A program made the translations under genes and the position numbers. From positions 1,040 to 65,039 of the forward strand of contig CAZZFT010000009.1 of assembly GCA_964653555.1 (NCBI GenBank): a stretch of 64,000 bases of DNA, given 5' to 3'. Under the pieces are notes generated by a model. The model was not told the origin of the DNA. It saw nothing but the letters and a program-made list of their open reading frames with translations, and did no database searches. Positions 54,720 through 63,924 of the stretch are shown here, piece by piece. Position 1 is the stretch's first letter; every line of letters begins with the position of its first letter. This stretch comes from an uncultured Spirochaetales bacterium. Lineage in GTDB: Bacteria; Myxococcota_A; UBA9160; SMWR01.

Positions 54720-54761
54720 GATGAGATCATGATGGGGCCCTTTCACGCAGCGGATCTCATC
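54720..54761. promoter_or_regulatory. 9-bp inverted repeat GATGAGATC-N24-GATCTCATC between mug and the MOSC gene
   Basis: Perfect arms read directly. No U-run follows on the transcribed strand, so it is not a classical intrinsic terminator. Confidence 0.2.
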
Positions 54762-54862
54762 TCCAGCCCCCACGTCACCCTCGACCTCGATTCGTAACCA
54801 AGACCCCGGTTTTCGTTCATGCGATGCGACCGACGGCAGGTGATTTCCAGATAGCACTCTTG

Positions 54863-55516
54863 TCAGGGCGACCGCCGTGTTCGAACTCGCGCACCGGACC
54901 GACCTTGAGAGAACTGGGAAATGGGGCGCGTGTTTGCGCGGCGCCCGTGCTGTGCAATGGCCCAGAGGCGGAGGTCTCCGAAGAGTTGTGCGAGGGCAGC
55001 GGGCTGATAGTGGGCGTTGAGGCCGCTCGGGTTGGGTAGGACCCAGGCGTGGCTGCCGCCGAAGGGGGCCTTTTGGAGGCCGACGCGAGCGTCTTTGATG
55101 CCGGAGATTATGCGGTAGGGGCCGATGCCGACGAAGGCGACGACGGTGGGGCGCCAGCGTTTGACTTTGGCTTGGAGGCGCTGGCCACCGGCGCGAAGTT
55201 CGTCGTCGGTGAGTTCATCGGCGCGGGCGGTGGCGCGTTCGACGATGTTGGTGATGCCGAATTCGAGGTCGAGAAGGAGGGATCCTTCAAAGGGGGAGAA
55301 GAGGCGCGGGGTAAAGCCGCCGCCGTGGAGGGCGGGCCAGAAGCGGTTGCCGGGGCGGCCGAAGTGGCGGCCGATGGCGGCGGTGTAGAGGCCGGGGTTG
55401 ATGCCGGCGAAGAAAACGATGAGGTTTTTGGCGACGAGATCCGGGACGACCTTGTTGTGCGCGGCGAGGAGCTGGGCTTTGGTGGGTTCCCAGGGAGTGG
55501 GCAATCTCCGATTCAT
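54863..55516 (-). CDS. mug: G/U mismatch-specific (family 2) uracil-DNA glycosylase
   Basis: FFAGINPGLYTA (GINPG) and LPNPSGLNAHY (NPSGLN) motifs. Confidence 0.75.
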   Translation of the reverse strand: MNRRLPTPWEPTKAQLLAAHNKVVPDLVAKNLIVFFAGINPGLYTAAIGRHFGRPGNRFWPALHGGGFTPRLFSPFEGSLLLDLEFGITNIVERATARADELTDDELRAGGQRLQAKVKRWRPTVVAFVGIGPYRIISGIKDARVGLQKAPFGGSHAWVLPNPSGLNAHYQPAALAQLFGDLRLWAIAQHGRRANTRPISQFSQGRSGARVRTRRSP

Positions 55517-55590
55517 AGGGCAGCGTCCTTGGAGGCTATTTTGTCCTCGCCGATGGTCGTGTTTGTGGTCATGACGAAAGCTCCTTCCAA

Positions 55591-56319
55591 TTACCAGCGG
55601 CCGAAATGAGCGCCGCCATCGACATACAGGATGTGGCCAGTGACCGTCGCGGCGTCGGTCAGGTACATGACCGCGTCCGTGATGTCCTTGACTGTCGAGG
55701 GCCGACCCATCGGCGACAAGCTCTCCATCACCTCCTTCGGAGTCTCCCGGTGAAGCGGCGTGTCGACGACGCCCGGCGCGACGGCGTTCACGCGGATGCC
55801 GTCTTTCGCATACTCCATCGCTAGATGCTGGGTGATCGTTTCGAGACCGCCCTTGGTGATCATCGGCACCGCCGCCGTCACACCCCGGAGCGGGTTGCGA
55901 GCCAGGGCCGCCGTAATCGTGACAATGCTCCCGCCTGTCTTCTGCGCCAACATTTGCTTGACGGAGAGTTGGGTGACGTACAGGAAGCCCTCGACGTTCG
56001 TCGAGACAAGCGACTTGAAGTCTTCGGCTGTGTAATCCGTGAACGGCTTGGCAAAGAAGATGCCGGCGTTATTGACCAGTACATCGATCGACTTGAAACG
56101 AGACAGCGCTGTTTCGACGATCTTGGCGGCGGTTGCCGGCTCGCCAATGTGGCCGTCCACCGGAGCGACCCGGTCGGAAGCCGCGACCTCGGTGGATTGC
56201 GTCATCTTCCGAGAATTGGCAACGACGTTGAAACCCCGTTCGACAAAACCTTTCACGATTCCCGCGCCGATTCCCTGCGAAGCTCCGGTCACGATTGCTG
56301 TCTTCCGTGGTCCGCTCAT
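55591..56319 (-). CDS. SDR-family oxidoreductase
   Basis: AIVTGASQGIGAG, NNAG and a P-G-x-V-x-T-P segment. 242 aa. Confidence 0.85.
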   Translation of the reverse strand: MSGPRKTAIVTGASQGIGAGIVKGFVERGFNVVANSRKMTQSTEVAASDRVAPVDGHIGEPATAAKIVETALSRFKSIDVLVNNAGIFFAKPFTDYTAEDFKSLVSTNVEGFLYVTQLSVKQMLAQKTGGSIVTITAALARNPLRGVTAAVPMITKGGLETITQHLAMEYAKDGIRVNAVAPGVVDTPLHRETPKEVMESLSPMGRPSTVKDITDAVMYLTDAATVTGHILYVDGGAHFGRW

Positions 56320-56499
56320 GGTATTTACCTCGAGATGGTGTTTCTCTGGAAAGAATACGTCCGCGTTGCCTGTGCCGGCGTAGCTGAAACAACATCAAGC
56401 CCGTGCGATCGTCGATCGGAGCAGAGTATCCGTTCGGTCACGCGCGTATGGAGCCGCGAGCGTCTGAGTGCGATGAACCGGGCACACGAGGTGCCTGGG

Positions 56500-56830
56500 G
56501 AAGCGTACGACACGAGAGCAGTGGGCGCGGCACATGCGCGGCCGGCGGCGTAGCGGGCTGACGGCGCGAGAGTTCGCGGCATCGATCGCAGTAGAACCTT
56601 CGATGCTTGGCTACTGGGCCTGGCGACTCGGTCGCGAGCCCGGGCGCCAAGGCGGCAGCCAGCAAGCGCTCGAGGCCGACGGCACCGACATCGTTCATAG
56701 AGATCGTCGCCGAGGCGATGCCGGACGGCCGCGTCGAGCTCGAGCTGGCTGGCGGGGCCACCCTCGACCGTGACGACGTGCAGGCCGCTGCCGGGCGCCG
56801 AGCGCGCCGTGGCCGCGCAGTCAGTCGCGT
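56500..56830 (+). mobile_element. IS66-type accessory protein (TnpA-like) remnant, frameshifted
   Basis: EQWARHMRGRRRSGLTAREFAASIAVEPSMLGYWAWRLGRE, then in another frame SFIEIVAEAMPDGRVELELAGGATLDRDD. No tnpB or tnpC follows. Confidence 0.4.
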
Positions 56831-56866
56831 AGTCCCCACTGTCCCGGGACGCGGAAGACCGAACGG

Positions 56867-57058
56867 CTACGGAGCAGAAGACTGACCAGCATTCTGCAGG
56901 ACTAGCGTAAGAAGCGCCTGAGCTGCGGCTGTTGACGATGCGGGATTCTGCCCGGTGACCAGACGACCGTCGACAATCGCAAAGCTTTCCCAATCTGGAG
57001 CCTTCTCATAGCGGCCGCCGATTCCTTTGAGCTCGTCCTCTACAAGGAACGGCTCGCG
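56867..57058 (-). pseudogene. DJ-1/PfpI (type 1 glutamine amidotransferase-like) C-terminal fragment
   Basis: FLVEDELKGIGGRYEKAPDWESFAIVDGRLVTGQNPASSTAAAQALL. The nucleophile-elbow part is missing. Confidence 0.55.
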
Positions 57059-57207
57059 TTCCCCAGGGCGAACCCGATCGGCGCCCTCTCGCTTCAACGC
57101 GCTGCGTCGTGATTGAGACGACGGCACTTGCGTCTTGACTTCGACCCCCGATGCGGTGTGGAGTCGGGGGAGCCGGCCCGATGGGGAGGCCGGGCGGAGG
57201 AGAAGTC

Positions 57208-59157
57208 ATGAGAATTCGAACCGCGGGGCTCGCCGTCCTCGCCATCGCGCTTGCCGCCGTCTCCGTCCCCAAGGGATGCGGGCGGAACATGGTGCTCGCC
57301 GGCACGGCATCGCGCTCCGTGCTGCCGCTCGTAGACGGCAGCCTTGGCTACCTCGACGCCGGGTTTCCCGATCGCCAGGACCCCACCGACCCCGGCATCG
57401 TCGTGCCCGCCTGGGACGACGGCCGCATCGCGGTGGGCAACGGCGACAACTTCTCGGCGTGGGTCCACGACGACCTGCGGGTCACGGCGCTGGCCATCGA
57501 CGACCCGCGCAGCGCGGACCTCGTCGTGTTCGTGGCGAGCGACCTCTACATGATCTTCCGCACCGACGGCGATGAGATCCGCGCCAAGGCCGCGGCCATG
57601 CTGCCCCCCGGGCTGGCCAATCGCATGCGCGTCCTCATCAGCGCCAACCACAACCACCACGGGCCGGACACCGCCTTCGACGTCAACCACTCCTGGTACG
57701 AGCACATGACGGACCAGGCCGCAGCCGCCGTGGCGGAGGCGGTGCTGTCGCGCCGGCCGGCGCGTCTGAGGGTGGCCGCCGGCGAGCACTGGTTCGGCAT
57801 GAACGACAGCACCGACCCGCAGATCTTCGACCCGCGGCTGAACGCCCTGCAGGTGGTGGACGTGCACGGTGACGTGATCGCCACCGCCGTGCAGTGGAAC
57901 AACCACCCCGAGGGCACCCTGGGCTACCACCCGCCGCAGTCGGAGATCGCCGACGACTGCGTGGTGCTCGGCCTCTCCGGCAGCGACTGCGACGCCGAGG
58001 GCCGCTACTTCACGGCCGACTACCCGGGCGTGCTGCGCCAGGATCTCCAGGCCCGCTACGGCGGCGAGGTGCTCTACATGAATGGAGCCCTCGGCGTGCT
58101 GATCGGGCCCGGCGGCGCGCAGGTCTGGGAGGTGACCGAGGACCATCCGCTGGGCAACCAGATGGTGGCGCCCGCCGGCGCCGAGGCGGCCGGGGGTGGC
58201 AGCGACTACACGGCCCGCAACTTCCGCCGCACCGCCATCGTCGGCGAGCAGCTGGCGCTGGCGGTCGAGCGCATCCTCGACGACGCCGCGCCGGTCGCCG
58301 AGCCGCGGGTCTCGTACGACGTGGAGCCGTTCTACACGCGGCTCAGCAACATCGGCTTCCGCTTCCTGCTCGTGGTCGATCCGAACACGGGCTTTACCGC
58401 GCTCGGCCACAACGTTGCGGTGATGTACACCTGCGATCTCCCCGCCAGCGACGCCACCTGCACGCCGGACGGGGCGGCCGACGAGCCGGACCCGCTGCTC
58501 GGGTCGATCCGCGTGGGCGACCATCTGAAGAGCGCCGTCGAGTACGTGCGGATCGGCGAGGTGGGCATGATGTTCCTGCCCGGCGAGATCCCGGGCGAGC
58601 TCACCGCCGGCCTGCCGTCGGGATTCCGCTCGCACCCGGAGGACTGGTACGAGGAGCCGCCGGGCCGGCACGCCTTCGGCGCCGACTACACCATCCCGGG
58701 CTACACGTCGAACCGCATGGACGACGCCTACCGCTGGACGATCGGCCTGGGCAGCGACGAGCTCGGGTACTTCATCCCGATCTCGAACTTCCGGGTGCTG
58801 TGCGTCGCGGACCAGCTCGCCGGGGACGGCGCCTGTCAACAGCTGTACGACTTCGGCGTCATCGACTTCCCCGATTCCGTCGCCGGCAGCACCTGCAAGG
58901 CCATCACCGAGGACCCCTCGCTGCTGGCGAACTACCCGCCGGACGCCGCGACTGCGCTAGCCGCCAGCTGCCGCTACGGCCAGGCCCTGGGAGAGGCCGA
59001 CGGACACTACGAGGAGACGAACGCGGCCGGCTGGGACATGGCCCAGGACATGATGGATGCCGTGGCCGCCATCACCGGCAACGACGACCCGACCGAGGTG
59101 AACCCCGACTTCCCCGGTTGGTGGCAGGGCTACCTGCCGCCGGGTGACCTGCCGTAG
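57208..59157 (+). CDS. Secreted neutral/alkaline-ceramidase-like hydrolase
   Basis: ATG 57208 after GGAGGAGAAG. Signal/lipobox-like AIALAAVSVPKGCG. ISANHNHHGPD metal-site-like motif. The family call is tentative. Confidence 0.45.
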   Translation: MRIRTAGLAVLAIALAAVSVPKGCGRNMVLAGTASRSVLPLVDGSLGYLDAGFPDRQDPTDPGIVVPAWDDGRIAVGNGDNFSAWVHDDLRVTALAIDDPRSADLVVFVASDLYMIFRTDGDEIRAKAAAMLPPGLANRMRVLISANHNHHGPDTAFDVNHSWYEHMTDQAAAAVAEAVLSRRPARLRVAAGEHWFGMNDSTDPQIFDPRLNALQVVDVHGDVIATAVQWNNHPEGTLGYHPPQSEIADDCVVLGLSGSDCDAEGRYFTADYPGVLRQDLQARYGGEVLYMNGALGVLIGPGGAQVWEVTEDHPLGNQMVAPAGAEAAGGGSDYTARNFRRTAIVGEQLALAVERILDDAAPVAEPRVSYDVEPFYTRLSNIGFRFLLVVDPNTGFTALGHNVAVMYTCDLPASDATCTPDGAADEPDPLLGSIRVGDHLKSAVEYVRIGEVGMMFLPGEIPGELTAGLPSGFRSHPEDWYEEPPGRHAFGADYTIPGYTSNRMDDAYRWTIGLGSDELGYFIPISNFRVLCVADQLAGDGACQQLYDFGVIDFPDSVAGSTCKAITEDPSLLANYPPDAATALAASCRYGQALGEADGHYEETNAAGWDMAQDMMDAVAAITGNDDPTEVNPDFPGWWQGYLPPGDLP

Positions 59158-59553
59158 AGGGCGCACCACCCTGGGGCGCTCGATCGAGGGCGCCGGCCCG
59201 GGGCTCGTCCGGGCCGGCGCGGATCGACGCGAGCACCCCTCTGCCGCGGGTCGCCTGCAGGCTCCCGGCCCTTCATCTGCAATGCCGATGTGTCGACCCG
59301 TACCCCCCAGCAGTGCGGCAACGTGCAGCTCGCACTCGGTCGCTACGGTTCGTCGGCCTCATGCTCCTCCTTGGCACGGTGCCGTCCGCACTCTCGGTAG
59401 CCGAACGTGGCGCGAGCCCGGCCAACTTCGTGGTCATCTTGATCCCGGGCCTTCCGGGCCCCGTGTGTCTTGTGGGCGGTCTACGCTCCACGGCACCCGT
59501 GCGACACTAAGGGGGCTTGGCGCGCAGTCACGGTGCGGCACACTGCGGGTCGC

Positions 59554-59629
59554 AGGATAGGCAGTATAAGCTGTGAATTCTCGCCAGGGCCGACAAGTAG
59601 GGCTATGTCAACCGTGCTGCCCCGCGGCG
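59554..59629 (+). repeat. Copy 5 of the terminal repeat
   Basis: aggataggcagtataagctgtgaattctcgccagggccgacaagtagggctatgtcaaccgtgctgccccgcggcg. Confidence 0.8.
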
Positions 59630-59946
59630 AGCACGCCTTCTTCGAATTGGGTCACTTCGCGCTATCCGAGGCCGAGCGCGAGATGATCCGGCCCGGCATC
59701 GGCAGCGTGCCCGAGCGGGCTGGAATCGTCGAACGCTTCGAGACGTTTCTGGATGAAGGCGCACGCAGGCCGGGAATCCCGATGCTCCGCCAGTCTCTCG
59801 ACTACGTACGGAACGAACTCTCCCTCGACGCCAGCGAGTTCGTTCACGAGATGGTCGACGGGATCCTGGGCGACCACTATCCCGTGCCGGACCGAATCCT
59901 GACGTGTAGTGAGCACGTCATCCGTGCGTATCTGTCACAGGAAATG
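59605..59946 (+). pseudogene. Internal fragment of an aspartate 4-decarboxylase / aminotransferase-family gene, opened by the ATG of repeat copy 5
   Basis: ...PRGEHAFFELGHFALSEAERE...FETFLDE...LDASEFVHEMVDGILGDHYPVPDRILTCSEHVIRAYLSQEM. Both the N-terminus and the PLP-lysine region are absent. Confidence 0.5.
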
Positions 59947-59948
59947 GC

Positions 59949-60032
59949 GAGTCCGAGCACAGTCTCGTAGAAGTGCTGGGATTCTTCGAGGTCCGTGACG
60001 TTGATGCAGTACTGGTCGATGCTGACCTTCAT
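59949..60032 (-). pseudogene. VOC/glyoxalase-family N-terminal 28 aa only
   Basis: MKVSIDQYCINVTDLEESQHFYETVLGL, then it collides head-on with the AspD-like fragment. Confidence 0.5.
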
Positions 60033-60168
60033 GGTTTTGCGGGTCCTTCTTCCTGGAGTGGACGTTGGCCGCAGCCGGAGTTCGACCGGCGCGGACGAGA
60101 AGACGGAATGGGATGATAGGCGGCTTTCTTCGACGCGGGTTCGCTGCGGGGACACGGCCCGTCTCGTC

Positions 60169-61476
60169 TCAATGGGGGAGCCCGAGGAAGCTCGCGAGAT
60201 TGTCCCGCATGATCGCCAACACCTGGTTCTCGGGGAGACCGCCCAGCTGGGCCTCGACGTATTCGCTCGGAAAGGCGAGTCCCTCGCCGTGCGGAAAGTC
60301 CGAGCCGAAGACGATGGGTTCGATGCCCACCTCCGCGATGACGCGCTGCACGTTCTCCTCGGGGAAGGGCGCCACGACGAAGTGCTCGCAAAAGATCTCC
60401 CGAGGCCGCCGATCGAGATCTCCCCAGCGCGCCTTGCGCCCCATCTGGAACGCGTGATCCAGCTTGCGAAGCAGATACGGAAGCCACGGCGTGCCCTGCT
60501 CGGCCAGACACACGTGGATGTCCGGGAAGCGGCAGAACAGACCGTGCATGATCATGCTAGTGACGGTCTCCATCGCCGGTCGATCGCACCAGTAGAGCAC
60601 CCACTGCAGGGCGTCGAAATCACCGAGCACGGCATCCGGATCCTCGCTCAGGTCGGCACCGTACTTCTGGTAGTCGGTCGGTCCGACGTGCGTCGCGACG
60701 CGAACCTTCGCCTCGTTGATGCGGGCCCAGACGGGATCGAACACGGGGTCGGCGATGGAGCGGCCGCCGCGAGGGTTCGTGCGACCGCCGTGGGCATGGC
60801 CGGACACGAAGCCGAGCACGCGGGCGCCCTCGCGGATCACCCGCTCCACTTCCTCGACCGCCAGGTCGACGTCGGCCAGTGGGATATAGGGTGGCAGGAA
60901 CATGCGTTCCTGATGCGCGTAGCCGACTTCTTCGTGTACCCACCGATTGTAGGCGCGGGCATTCGCGTGGATCGCGTCGACATCGGCCTGGAATTCGTAC
61001 TCGAGACTCAGGACATGTCCCGGGAACATGATCGCAGCGTGGATTCCCTGTTGATCCATCAATGCCAGGCGACGATCCCGATCGCCCCAGGCCGCCTCTT
61101 GTCGCTTGAACTCCAGGATGAGTTCCTTGCGGCCCGGCTCGTCGAGGTCCTTGTAGGGATTCAGCCGGTTCAGGAACATGCCCGGAGCGCGAGCCCCACC
61201 GTCACCGGGCTTCGGACCCTCGGGGGAGGCGCTTGCGCCCGCGCTCGTCGTCGCGAGCGCGTCGACCTCCTGCTCGTTGCGCGGCGCGGATTCCCGCGTG
61301 AAGCCGAGCTTCGAGGGCTGGCTCCCGAACAGCTGCACGCGGCGTCCGTCTTCTCCACGCACGAATCGAACCGCCTTGTCCCGAAAGCGTGGGGAGATGT
61401 AGCGCTCGTACATGTCCTCGGGCTCGACGAAGTGGTTGTCGGCATCGTTGATCTCGAAGGGGAGGTCTCGGTGCAT
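60169..61476 (-). CDS. Amidohydrolase_2 (ACMSD-like) family metal-dependent hydrolase
   Basis: 435 aa, FEINDADNHFVEPEDMYERY..., ...GSDFPHGEG. Confidence 0.8.
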   Translation of the reverse strand: MHRDLPFEINDADNHFVEPEDMYERYISPRFRDKAVRFVRGEDGRRVQLFGSQPSKLGFTRESAPRNEQEVDALATTSAGASASPEGPKPGDGGARAPGMFLNRLNPYKDLDEPGRKELILEFKRQEAAWGDRDRRLALMDQQGIHAAIMFPGHVLSLEYEFQADVDAIHANARAYNRWVHEEVGYAHQERMFLPPYIPLADVDLAVEEVERVIREGARVLGFVSGHAHGGRTNPRGGRSIADPVFDPVWARINEAKVRVATHVGPTDYQKYGADLSEDPDAVLGDFDALQWVLYWCDRPAMETVTSMIMHGLFCRFPDIHVCLAEQGTPWLPYLLRKLDHAFQMGRKARWGDLDRRPREIFCEHFVVAPFPEENVQRVIAEVGIEPIVFGSDFPHGEGLAFPSEYVEAQLGGLPENQVLAIMRDNLASFLGLPH

Positions 61477-61648
61477 CGTGGGTCTCCGCTTCTTCGCCTG
61501 CGCCCATGCGAGCGGCGCGTCCGGCCGAGCCCGCCTGTTTCGACGACGCGGGCGGGCGACCCGGCTGCGCTCGTCGGGATCATTCTGCAGGGTCGGGACG
61601 AGCCGTGTCCAGCAAGCGTATCATCGTTGCATCGATCCGCGGGAGGTG

Positions 61649-62473
61649 ATGATGGGAGCCGAGAACGTTCTGACCGAGCTGCGCGACCGCGTCTTGTATC
61701 TCACGCTCAACCGGCCCGCGAAGCTGAACGCGCTCACGGTGGGGCTGATGGACGACCTGATCGATGCCGTGAAGGCGGCCGAGACCGATGCCGCCGTCGG
61801 TTGCGTCGTGCTGCGGGGCGCGGGGCGCGCCTTCTGCTCCGGCTGGGATCTCACGCCGGCTGCCTCGGGTGCGGCCGCCGCGCATGGCGCGCGCCCGCCC
61901 GAGGAGATGAGCTTGCGCGAGGACCTCGACGCGTTGGCGGCGAGGTCCGGTCGCTGGTCGACGCTGTGGGGCCTGACGAAGCCGATCGTCGCCCAGGTTC
62001 ACGGCTACTGCCTGGCGGGGGGCACCGACATGGCACTCAACTGCGACATGATCGTCGCGGCCGAGGATGCCGAGTTCGGTTTTCCGGCGGTTCGCTCGAT
62101 GGGCTCACCGTCGACGCATATGTGGACCTACCTGGTGGGTCCGCAGTGGGCGAAGCGACTGTTGCTGACGGGAGAGCGCATCGACGGGAGGCTGGCGGAG
62201 CGCATCGGACTCGTGATGCAAGCCGTTGCGCCCGCGCAACTCGCGGACACGGTGCACGCTCTCGCCTCGAACGTGGCGCGCGTACCCTACGATCTGCTCG
62301 CCCAGAACAAGTCGATCTGCAACAAGGCCATCGAACTCATGGGCCGCACGCTGCTCCAGGAACTCGCGCGCGAATCCGACGCCATGGCGCATCAGTCTCC
62401 GACGGCGCGGGAGTTCGCTCGGATCGCAAGGCGCGACGGCTTGAAGGCCGCCCTGGAATGGCAGAACCGCTAG
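61649..62473 (+). CDS. Enoyl-CoA hydratase/isomerase family protein
   Basis: GGGAGG RBS. LYLTLNRPAKLNAL, VVLRGAGRAFCSGWDL, GYCLAGGTDMAL. Confidence 0.85.
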   Translation: MMGAENVLTELRDRVLYLTLNRPAKLNALTVGLMDDLIDAVKAAETDAAVGCVVLRGAGRAFCSGWDLTPAASGAAAAHGARPPEEMSLREDLDALAARSGRWSTLWGLTKPIVAQVHGYCLAGGTDMALNCDMIVAAEDAEFGFPAVRSMGSPSTHMWTYLVGPQWAKRLLLTGERIDGRLAERIGLVMQAVAPAQLADTVHALASNVARVPYDLLAQNKSICNKAIELMGRTLLQELARESDAMAHQSPTAREFARIARRDGLKAALEWQNR

Positions 62474-63666
62474 GATCGGTTCCGATGGTCCACTACGATC
62501 CCTTCGGCAAGGACGTCATCCTGGGCGATCCGTACGCGGTCTACGCGCGGCTTCGCGACGAATCGCCGGTCCACTTCCTCGAGAAGTGGGATAGCTGGGT
62601 GCTCTCGCGATTCCAGGACATCTGGGACGCGTGCATGGACACGGAGGCGTTCATCACCTCGCAGGGCACCACGCCGGGACAGCTGCTTACGCGCGTCCAG
62701 CCCGTGACCCCCACGCTGAATACGATCGATCCGCCCGAGCACACGCGATTGCGCGCCGAGATGCGGAAGTTCTTCATGCCGCGTCGACTCGCGGAGTTCG
62801 AGCCGGTCTTCGAGCGCTACGTCGACGAGGCGATCGACGAGTGGGCGGAGCAGGGGGCGTGCGATGCCGTCACCGATTTTGCTCAGCCCCTGGCGACGCG
62901 CGTCGGCTGCAAGGTGGCAGGCTTCCCCGAGGAGGACGGGCCCTTCCTGCGCGGCGTGGTCGATCGCTTCATGGGCCGGGACCCCGAAATCGAGGGTCTA
63001 ACCCCCGACGGGCTCGCGGCGCTCCAGGAAATGTTCGACTACTTCGCGGAGCTGAGCGCCCGTCGCCGGCGCGAGCCGTCGCGCCACGATCCCATCGCGA
63101 TACTCCACGACTTCGAGAGCGGTGGGTGCAAGCTCACGGACGCGGAGGTTGGCTCCCATCTCTTCCTGCTGCTCGTGGGTGGGACGGACACGTTTCCCAA
63201 GGTCTTCGCCAGCCTGCTGCTGCGTCTCTTCCAGCAGCCGGAGACTCGCGAGCAGGTAGCTGCAACGCCCGAGCTCGGCCTCGCGGCCTTCAACGAGACC
63301 GTGCGGATCGACATGCCCACGCAGTTCCTGGGCCGGACGCTGGCTCGGGACCTCGAGTTCCAGGGCCGGCGGATGCGGGCGGGGCAGCCCGTGCTCTTCC
63401 TCTACGCTTCGGGCAATCGCGACGATCGCGAGTTCGATCGGCCCGACCGCTTCGACATCCACCGCAATCCGCCGCGCACGCTGTCCTTCGGTCACGGCGT
63501 TCACGCCTGCATTGGGCTCCACGTCGCCCGGTTGGAGGCGCGAATCGCGCTTCGCAAGCTCCTCGAGCGTTTCCGGCACTACGAGATCGCGACCGATCGG
63601 CTCGAGCGCCACGCCACCGAGTTCGTCCAGGGCTACTCGAGCATGCCGATCCGCTGGACCGCCTAG
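62458..63666 (+). CDS. Cytochrome P450
   Basis: FGHGVHACIGLHVARLE heme-thiolate loop, EXXR (ETVRID), GGTDT I-helix. ATG 62485 is the alternative start. Confidence 0.85.
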   Translation: MAEPLGSVPMVHYDPFGKDVILGDPYAVYARLRDESPVHFLEKWDSWVLSRFQDIWDACMDTEAFITSQGTTPGQLLTRVQPVTPTLNTIDPPEHTRLRAEMRKFFMPRRLAEFEPVFERYVDEAIDEWAEQGACDAVTDFAQPLATRVGCKVAGFPEEDGPFLRGVVDRFMGRDPEIEGLTPDGLAALQEMFDYFAELSARRRREPSRHDPIAILHDFESGGCKLTDAEVGSHLFLLLVGGTDTFPKVFASLLLRLFQQPETREQVAATPELGLAAFNETVRIDMPTQFLGRTLARDLEFQGRRMRAGQPVLFLYASGNRDDREFDRPDRFDIHRNPPRTLSFGHGVHACIGLHVARLEARIALRKLLERFRHYEIATDRLERHATEFVQGYSSMPIRWTA

Positions 63667-63924
63667 CGGCGGCGGCGCGCCGAGTCTTCGCGCAGCGTGG
63701 CGTTCGGGGTGCAGGGCTGACCCGTGTGGCGGACGCCGCGGGCATGGGGCGATCGAGCCTACTACCCCGACAAGAACGCCCTGCTCGCCGACATGGTGGG
63801 CGAGATGCTCGGGCAGGAACGCGCGTTGTTCCGCCATTGCCTGCGCTCCGACGCCCTGCGGATCACCCGCGAGCGGGCATGGCTGTTGGGAAGTCTCGGT
63901 CTGTTCGTGGCGGAGCGGAGCTGA
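63667..63924 (+). pseudogene. TetR-family regulator remnant (no start, frameshift, truncated)
   Basis: AAARRVFAQRGVRGAGLTRVADAAGMGRSS, then in another frame YYPDKNALLADMVGEML...*. ~85 aa compared with ~200 for a normal TetR. Confidence 0.5.

Noticed and set aside
54720-54761. 9-bp inverted repeat between mug and the MOSC gene as an intrinsic terminator
   Set aside because: The loop is 24 nt and no U-tract follows on the transcribed (minus) strand. It is kept only as a low-confidence regulatory candidate.
26568-59629. The five repeats as a CRISPR array or as integron attC sites
   Set aside because: The spacing is 4-15 kb, not tens of bp, and one copy is inverted. No cas or intI gene is present. 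The intervening segments contain truncated multi-gene blocks rather than cassettes. I could not fit the R''/R' (RYYYAAC/GTTRRRY) cores.
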